Positions 52,610-64,000 of a DNA stretch of 64,000 nt are shown here, piece after piece. Under the pieces are notes generated by a model. It saw nothing but the letters and a program-made list of their open reading frames with translations, was not told the DNA's origin and did not search any database. Positions within the stretch are counted from its first letter, which is position 1; every line of letters begins with the position of its first letter. The stretch covers positions 2,272,001 to 2,336,000 of the forward strand of contig CM000154.2 of assembly GCA_000004695.1 (NCBI GenBank). Direction: 5' to 3'. The DNA comes from Dictyostelium discoideum (Eukaryota). Both the position numbers and the translations under genes were made by a program.

Positions 52610-53137
52610 CTTGAATACCAGTTGATATTTTAAAAATACAACTATTATTTAATTATTATTCATTTAAAAAAAAAAAAAAAAAAAAAAAAAACAATTACAT
52701 CTTTCTTTTTAAAAAAAACAAAATTATGTAATCTAAACTAAAATAATATCTGTATTTAAATCTAATCAAATAATTGTATTTTAAAAATTAAATATCATAA
52801 ATAAACCTATTAATTACTGTTTACTTCCTTTAATGGAAAAAAAAAATTCAATAGCTTTAATATTATTTCATCCATTATATTATCTATTAAATCTTCCTGA
52901 TACGAATCCTTTCTGATTATTGTTAATAATTTTTGGGAGTATGTATATTAATCTATTATTAATTGCTTTAGATTGAATCAAATAATCTTTTTTTGGAAAC
53001 AACTAATAAAAAAAAAAAAAAAACAAACTTTAATAAAATTTTATTTTTTTTATTTTTATTTTTATTTTTATTGATAAAATTAATTGATCAATAACCAATC
53101 TTTGATTCAAAAAAAAAAAAAGGAAGATAATGATTAT

Positions 53138-53178
<41 letters not shown>

Positions 53179-53207
53179 TTTTGGAAATAATAATTATTAT
53201 TAAAAGT

Positions 53208-54112
53208 TTAAATTGGTTTTCCACAAGATGAACAAAAACGTGCAGTTTGAACTAAAATTTTTGAACCACAACCTGAACAAAAGTTTTTATGAGCATAAGA
53301 ATGAGAAGGTGGGGGTGGAATTGGTGACGGAGTAGGAGTTGGTCTATATGGTGCTGGTGGTGGTGATGAATAAGCTGTTGTTTGATGATGATAGGCTGTT
53401 GGTGGTGGTGGAGGTGGAGGTGTAGTTGTATAATGGTATGTTACAGTTGTTGTGGTTGTTGTAGTTTTTGGATGATCATGATGGTGATGATGTTTATGTT
53501 TATCCTTCTCTTTATCTTTATCTTTATGAAGTGCTGATCCTCTAACTTCATTTCTTAAATCATCAACCCATTTCTATAAATAAATAAAAAAAAAAGATTA
53601 AATTAATTAAAATTTAAAAAAAAAGAATAAAAATGAAAAAAAAAAATAAAAAAAAAAAATATCTTGTGGGAAATATCTTTTTTTTTTTTTTTTTTTTTTT
53701 TTGGATATTTAAAAGAAATCAAATATATATAAAAAAATAATACCTCTAAAAAATCCTTTTTCTTTTCTTTTTTCTCTTTATGTTCTTTATGTTCTTTATG
53801 CTCTTTATGTTCTTTGTGTTCTTTATGATGGTGATGAGTTTTACATTCTTTTTCTTTTTTTAGGTCCAATTCTTTTTTATTGTGGTGGCAACCTGGGCCA
53901 TGAATGCAAGTAGTTGGTGCTGAATGATGGTGATGGGATGGTGAGTGATAAGATGATGGTGGTGGTGGTGGTGGTGGTGAATGGTAATGAGAAGAGGATG
54001 ATGATAAACCTGAATTTGATGCATAGCCAGTTGTTGAAACATAGCCAGGTGCTTGAGTTTGAGTGGTGCCTGGACCAACTGTAGTTCCTGGACGTCTATA
54101 TGGTGTTGCCAT
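53208..54112 (-). CDS. Pro/His-rich protein with C-terminal zinc-ribbon (CxxC...CxxC). Two exons: 53744..54112, 53208..53573
   Basis: MATPYRRPGTT...PPPPPPPSSYHSPSHHHH, (HKE)5 repeat, ...KKKDFLE, donor GTATTA at 53743 (phase 0), acceptor ttatag at 53574. KWVDDLRNEVRGSALHKDKDKEKDKHKHHHH..., PPPP..Y motifs, and C-terminal FCSGCGSKILVQTARFCSSCGKPI. The ORF-track tail KKDFLEVLFFYIYL... is intron read-through. Confidence 0.6.
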
Positions 54113-54577
54113 TTTTTAATTAGACTTAAATTAGTTTAGATTTTAATTTGTTCAAAAATATTTGGTGTGGGAAAAAAAAAAAAATTATTTGTGTGATGGA
54201 AAAAAAAAAAATTATTTGTTTGTGGTTTTTTTTTTTCTATTTTTATAATTTTTTTTTTACAAAAAAAAAAAAAACTAATTGATGTGATTTCTTTATTTTT
54301 AAAAAGTTTACGATAATGTTACAAAATAATATAATAAAAATACAAATTATTTTAAAAAGAGAGAAAAAATAAAATAAAAAAAAGAAAAAAATAAAATAAA
54401 AAAAAAAAATTAAAAAAAAAAAAAAAAATTAAAATAAAAGGAGTTGGTGGTCTGAAAATGTTTTAAAAGAATTGTTTTTTATTTTTTTATTTTTTTTTTT
54501 GATTAGTTTATGATAAAAATGTCAAAAAATTGACATTCATGCTGTGATGTTGTCTCTTGCATGCAATATTAATATGA

Positions 54578-58018
<3,441 letters not shown>

Positions 58019-58338
58019 TTTCTCACTATAGTTTCTTTCTTATTGAATAAAACTATAAAGAATATTTTTTTTTTTTTTTAATTAATTTAACCCATTTTTT
58101 AAAATGACTTGGCATAAAAGGCCTTATTTATATATTAATTTATTTATTTTAATTTTATATTTGGTTGTTTTTTCATTTCCACAAAAAAAAGGGAAAAATG
58201 AACAAAAAAAAAAAAAAAATAAAAAAAAAAAATTAAAAAAAAATTTTAAAAAATTCAAAATAAATCATTTTTCATTTGAAATAAAATTGTACATATAAAT
58301 AAATAAATAAAATAAAATAAATAAAAGTTCATAATAAA

Positions 58339-58685
58339 ATGAATATATATGATGATGATCAATGTATAAAATGTAATAGCGGGTTATATTTAAACCCAAA
58401 TATGAGATTATTAACATCTCCTTGTGGTCATAAATAGTAAGTCAACCCCCAACACATCTACACATACATATATAATATTCACTTTATCATAATAATTAAA
58501 TTTTTATATATTTTCTTTATTTAGTTGTGAATCATGTGTACAATTAGCATATATGAAAGATTCTGTCATACAATGTCTTGGATGTACAGCACAAATTAGG
58601 AAACAGAGTTTTATGAATCAAAGATATGATGATACAGGTTTAGAAAAAGAAAATTCAATTAGAAAAAAATACTTAAAAGAGTAAT

Positions 58686-58779
<94 letters not shown>

Positions 58780-59579
58780 TTAATAAATCACTCCTTCTTT
58801 CTAAAATTTTTTTTTTTTTTTAATTTTTTTATTATTATTATTATTATTACTATAGATTTAATAAAACTAGAAAAGATTTTAATAGTTTAGTTGAATATAA
58901 TAATTTTTTAGAAATGGTAGAGGATTTAATATTTGATGCGATTGAAGGAGGAGATTTAGCAACAGCATCAGAATTAAAATTAAAAGAATATCAAAAAGCG
59001 AATCAAGCATCAATTGCAACTAATAAGAAAGCAAAAGAAGAAGAGGATACATTAATAGCATCAAGAATTGCAGATGAACAAAGATTAATTGCAGAGAAAA
59101 GGAATAAATTTTTAGCTGAAGATCAAAAAGAACAAAATTCAAAGAAATTAGAGAGTCAAAAAGCAATGGATGATTTAGCAAAAGGTAAAATTAGTGCAAA
59201 AGAATTAAAAGAAATCGATAAAAAGAAAGCTGCAGCCTCTGCTGCTAAATTGGCCGCTGCTGCAGCTGCCGCTTCAATGGTAAATGAACCATTACCACCA
59301 ATTCATGAAACTGATAATAAACAATCATTCACATACCAACCACAAAATAAACAACAGCAACAGCAACAACAACAAGGACCAACAAATCAACAATTACAAC
59401 AACAACAACAAGTACTTTTACAAATGCAATTTAATGAACCTCAGCCATTGGGTGAATTCAAATATGATGAAATGGCACTTAAAAATCTAATACCAACACC
59501 TCAACAATCCGATGTTGCTGGTTTTAAACAAAAATATATTAGACAAAGAGCTTTTGAAGAAGCTTTTCAATATTTATAA
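58339..59579 (+). CDS. mnat1: CDK-activating kinase assembly factor MAT1 (RING finger + MAT1 core). Three exons: 58339..58436, 58525..58680, 58856..59579
   Basis: MNIYDDDQCIKCNSGLYLNPNMRLLTSPCGHK / YCESCVQLAYMKDSVIQCLGCTAQIRKQSF... is collinear with the human MAT1 RING ([34 protein letters not shown]). Donor GTAAGT at 58437 (phase 2), acceptor tatttag. Donor GTAATT at 58681 (phase 2), acceptor actatag. Exon 3 EFNKTRKDFNSLVEYNNFLEMVEDLIFD matches the conserved SLREYNDFLEEVEEIVFN block. Confidence 0.85.
58687..58777. repeat. (ATA)n microsatellite of about 30 units in intron 2 of the MAT1 gene
   Basis: Uninterrupted repeat. Confidence 0.9.
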
Positions 59580-59737
59580 ATAAAATTAATTATAAAGAAA
59601 AAAACAAAATGAATAATTAAATAATCGATATGAATTTATTTTTGATTTTATTTTATTTTTGTAAATTTTTTTTTTTTTTTTTTTCTTAAAATATCGTAAT
59701 ACAAATGCTTGGGGGATTTTAGATATTTTTTTTTTTT

Positions 59738-61097
59738 TTAAAGTTTTGAAGATAATAATGGGAAATCTTCAACAACAGTTCTACGAAGATCATTAATTTG
59801 ATGTTTAGATTGTGGAGATTTTTTATATTTTGATAATCTTTCAGCCAATTCTTTTAAGAGACCATCTTTATCTTGATATGGTGGTAAGAGTTGAAGATAT
59901 TCTTCTGGAGCTGGTTTTCTTCTTTGATTTTGTTGTTTTTGTGGTTTTTTATTTGAATTGGTTGAACGAGTAGTTCTCTTACCAACTACTTCTTCGAGTC
60001 TCTTTCTTTCGACGACTTTCATTTGTTCGAATAATTGAATGCTATTACTTAAGATTTCCATTGAACAAGATTCATAAAAGTTTAATTTACCCTCTTCAAA
60101 CATCTTTTCAGAGAACCAACCCATACGTTGGAGGAATTGATTCTTTTTGATACACATTTCTGGTTGAATTGAAAAGAGTGTTAAAATACCTGCCATGTAA
60201 CCCTCAATTAATGGATAGAAAAGATTTGCATAGAAACCACAAGCACCTTCACTCTTTACACCATAACAAGATGTGGTGCCACTAACCTCTTTACTAATGA
60301 TACCTCTTGAAACCATACGATTAATCTCTTTAAGAATAAATTCATCAGTATCATAACCTGGTTGATTAACAAATTCTTGTGATAAAACTTTTGCTAAAAA
60401 TCTAACTTCAGTAATTAAAGTTTCTTGATCAACTGAATTTAAATTTAATGTGGTGGTTGTTGTTGTTGAAACATTATTTGTATTAATAGTTGATTGTTGT
60501 ACTGCTGCTGCTGCTGGTTGTTCAATTGTTGATCTTGATTGTAAAATTGATAAAATTACTAAAGATACTAAACCATCCCAAAGGAATAAATGTAATAATT
60601 GATTTCTATAGAAATTTAAAACTAAAATATTCTTTCTATAGTTCTTATTGGTTACACCCAATTGAGCAGAACCAGGTTCATACATATTTCTACGTTTTGA
60701 AACTAAATTACTCAAGAGTTTAAGTGAATGATCAACTAAAGCATCGGAAGGACCCTCGAAAGCTACATCACCACCACGTGCGAAAATTTCTTCACGTATC
60801 CATTCAACCTTTGAAATTAACTCTTCACGATTAATACCACGACGGAATGATAAAAGAATGGTAGCAACAGCTGATGTAGTTGTAATAATAGCTGATTTAT
60901 TTAAATCTCTAACTACTTGATAACCAAGATCTTGAATTAATAAACGACGATCATCATCATTATTAAATGGATCAAAGTATGTACCAATTGAACGAGTATC
61001 TGGTTTACTAATTTGAGTTTCAAAATCACCTTCACTAATATTTGCACTATTTGTATTAACAACTGGTTTAATTATATTTGATTGTTCATCACTATTT

Positions 61098-61129
<32 letters not shown>

Positions 61130-62707
61130 TGTACTGGTATTATTACTATTTGTATTGTTATTGTTATTATTATTATTATTAATATTATATGATAATGGAT
61201 TTAAACGACGTAATGATGAAATTTCATTTGATTTATCTTCAGAATATTGTTTAATTGAAATTGGTGGAGTGAAAACAACATTAATTCTACCGAAATTCAT
61301 TTTTAAAACTTTTGAAGCACGTAATAAACCATTGAATGACTCTTTGGTTTTACTTTCACCCATCATTTCATTTGAGTAGAGTTCACCTTCTAATACCTTT
61401 TCATAGGAGATACCAATTGGTACGATATGGACATCTTGAACACGATTTTCAAAGAATGGTTGACAAACCATTGAAAGTAAACCCATCTTTGGATGTAATG
61501 ATTTACCAGTACGTGATCTTTTACCTTCGATAAAGAATTCCATTGGTTGATTATCAATGACCAATCTTTGAACATATTCGGAAAAGATAGCCCAATACAA
61601 TGAATCACCATGGAAAGTTCTACGAAGGAAGAAAGCACCAGCATTTCTAAAGAACCAACGAACGATGATGATTGATAAAAAGTCTTCACCTGCTGCAATA
61701 TGTGGTAATGGTAAATTGTATTCAAAGAAGATGTAAGAGATGATTAAGAAATCAATGTAAGAACGATGAGTTGGTATCAAGACCACTGGTGATTTCTTGA
61801 TGGCTTCACGAATGAGTTCAATACCTTTCTCGTCAACGTGGATTCCTTGATAGATTTTTCTCCAAACTTTCTTTAAGAACCAACCTAAAACTCTGACAAC
61901 TGAAACGTTGAGATTCGATTGCATTCTCTCCATGATTTGATTGGCACGCTTCTCAATCTCTGACACCAACACTCCCTCCTCACGGGAGACCTTCTCCATA
62001 GCTTGTTGAACACGTGGTGAATTCATAACCAATGAACGAATTTCAGTGGGTGCTCTTGGTGGTAATGGAGTTTGTGTTACATGACGATAGGATGTCGATG
62101 CCCAACTAATATCAGCAAATACCCATTGGAAGAAACCACTTTGGTTCACATCGGATTTGGTGATGATTGAGGTATTCAATAACTCGGTTGGTGGACGAAC
62201 TCCCTCCTCTTTCATAACGTATTTATGTAAACCAAAACAAAAGTAACAAAAGTATGATTGCCAATTGATCTCTGCTGCATCACAATTGTATTTAACTCTA
62301 TCTTCGCCATCCAATAGATCTTGATATACCTTTTCCAATGCTGTCACTGAAAATACCCATTCATGAGCTGTGAAATGTTTAAATGTATCACAAATTAATC
62401 TTGCTGCTCTTGTCATCTTTTTGAATCCTTCTGCTTTAGTCTTTGTATCTTCACTACCTGTCAATGTTGATAACACTTGTAACAATGCACTTGGTACACC
62501 ATATCTCATAAAGAAATGAGCTTCATACATAACTGTACTACTATGGAATGAAAATTGTGATCTTGCAATTGATTTCTTTGGTGTATGATTTCTCCAATAT
62601 TCTGTAACATAATGTGAAATTCTATTCCATGCAACTGGATTTCTATGACTAGTACCAATCTAGATTTAATTAAAAAAAAAAAAATTATTTAAATGTTAGA
62701 ATTATTA

Positions 62708-62738
<31 letters not shown>

Positions 62739-63669
62739 TTATTTTACTTACTTGATGAATTTTTAAAACATTTTGATTACCAATTGCAACAGCAGAAGCA
62801 ATTAAAGCATTAGCAACATGATCAACTGGTACGATATCAGCAACCATACGACCATCACCTTTCATAAATTGAACGAGACCAACACCACAATAGAGCATAA
62901 CGGCACCAATAGCAGCAACAGAATCAACCCAACCTGGTACTGGTTCTTTGAGTGAACCACCAACAATGGTTGGACGTAAGAAACACATTGGGATATCACC
63001 ACGTTTTAAGGCGAGGATACGTTCGGTGATAGCTTTGGTGAAAGTGTATGTATTTGGATAGGCACCCAAGAGATTTGGTGTTATACGCTCCAATGTCTGA
63101 ATATCTTGTTTCATAATTAAATCTACCATCTCCTCTGGATTGAAATCTAGTACTGGTAACTCTTCATCTAACCAACCTTCACGATTTGAATTAACGTATG
63201 CTGTTGAACAATGTACATATGCAACTACATTCTTTAAACGTTTAGATAGGTCCAACATATTCAATGACGCATAGAGATTCGATGAGATGGCCTTATCTAA
63301 ACGTTCACGGAAATCAATAGATGCTGCACAATGAATGATTACATTTACTTGGTCAACAACTGTTTGATAATCTTCACTTGATAACCCTAATCCCTCCTTA
63401 GACAAATCTCCACCAATTGCTACAACCTTGTTGTGAATATGGGCGTTGAATGCTGCCTCGCCCATTTTTGCCTTGCAAGTATCCCAAATACGTGATTGCA
63501 ATATGTCCTCTTCAAATCTCTCCTTTGCATTACCACGAATGATGATATAGATTTTTTCAATATCTGGTAAATCTCTTACCATCTTTTCTAATAATACTTT
63601 TCCAACAAATCCTGTTGCACCTGTAATTAATACTGTTTTACCAGCATAAAAATTTGCTAATACTACCAT
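59738..63669 (-). CDS. Bifunctional fatty acyl-CoA reductase / dihydroxyacetone-phosphate acyltransferase fusion protein (FAR + GNPAT-like) with a C-terminal PTS1 (SKL). Two exons: 62752..63669, 59738..62659
   Basis: Exon 1: Rossmann motif VLITGATGFVGKVLLEK and FAR-like NAD-binding domain. Donor GTAAGT at 62751 (phase 0), acceptor aatctag. Exon 2 continues with FAR C-terminal-like sequence, then acyltransferase motifs PTHRSYIDFLI (HxxxxD), FFLRRTF, FIEGKRSRTGK, PIGISYEKV. Protein ends ...DFPLLSSKL*. Total about 1279 aa. Confidence 0.85.
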
Positions 63670-64000
63670 TTTTTTTTTTTTTTTCTTTTTTCTGATTTCT
63701 TTTCAAAAAAGGTATAAAAAATAATTTATTTATTTATTTATTATTACACAAAAAAAAAAAAAAAAAGGAAAAATTTTACTAAAGAAAAAAAAATAACACA
63801 ACAATATATTAATTAATTGATGGTGATGATTTCTTTGTGTAAAATTTTTAATGTTAGTTGCAACGGAAAAAAAAAAAAAAAAAAAAATAAAAATAAAAAA
63901 AAAAATTCAGTCGAAGATTTTTTTTTTTTTTTTCAAAAATACTTAAATTTTATTTTTATTTTTAATTTTAATTTTTTTTTTTTTTTTTTGACTCTTAACT

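Noticed and set aside
53030-53224. ORF 53030..53224 (-)
   Set aside because: Poly-F/poly-I reading of the 3' UTR poly(A) region downstream of the zinc-ribbon gene stop.
60490-61725. Small ORFs within 59738..62530
   Set aside because: Antisense or alternative frames of the acyltransferase exon of the FAR-DHAPAT fusion gene.

Overview
This 64 kb window is eukaryotic nuclear DNA with all the hallmarks of a dictyostelid social amoeba genome (Dictyostelium discoideum-like). Seen directly in the sequence: it is extremely AT-rich (roughly 75-80%), intergenic regions are long poly(A)/poly(T) tracts, introns are short (about 70-240 nt) and AT-rich with GTAAGT/GTAAAT donors and (T)nAG acceptors, and coding (AAT)n, (CAA)n and hexanucleotide microsatellites produce long poly-Asn, poly-Gln and NT/SN repeat tracts inside proteins. 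No operon-like or prokaryotic defence system is present, and there is no CRISPR array or rRNA gene. I reconstructed about 27 protein-coding genes by hand. Several ORF-track entries begin at GTG/TTG or at internal Met codons, so starts and exon joins were re-derived from splice signals and reading-frame phase. Genes with recognisable products are: a GAS2-like CH+GAR cytoskeletal linker, biotin-protein ligase, UFC1, an Ariadne-type RBR E3 ligase, a mitochondrial Hsp78/ClpB, an RNPS1-like RRM/RS protein, an Arf-like GTPase, a tandem array of three membrane-anchored SDR oxidoreductases, a Qc-type t-SNARE, SMEK/PP4R3 (smkA-like), CDK-activating-kinase subunit MAT1, and a fatty-acyl-CoA reductase/DHAP-acyltransferase fusion ending in the peroxisomal signal SKL. 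Two things stand out structurally. The first is a tRNA-Asn(GTT) gene with a TRE3-type non-LTR retrotransposon inserted about 30 bp downstream, flanked by a 15 bp target-site duplication, followed by a second, 5'-truncated insertion of about 110 bp with its own 16 bp duplication; the element contains a 99-N assembly gap. The second is two apparent single-base frame breaks in otherwise intact genes (the RNPS1-like gene, and the first copy of a tandem pair of small membrane-protein genes), which are more likely assembly errors than biology. All homology calls are from recalled motifs and families, not database searches.
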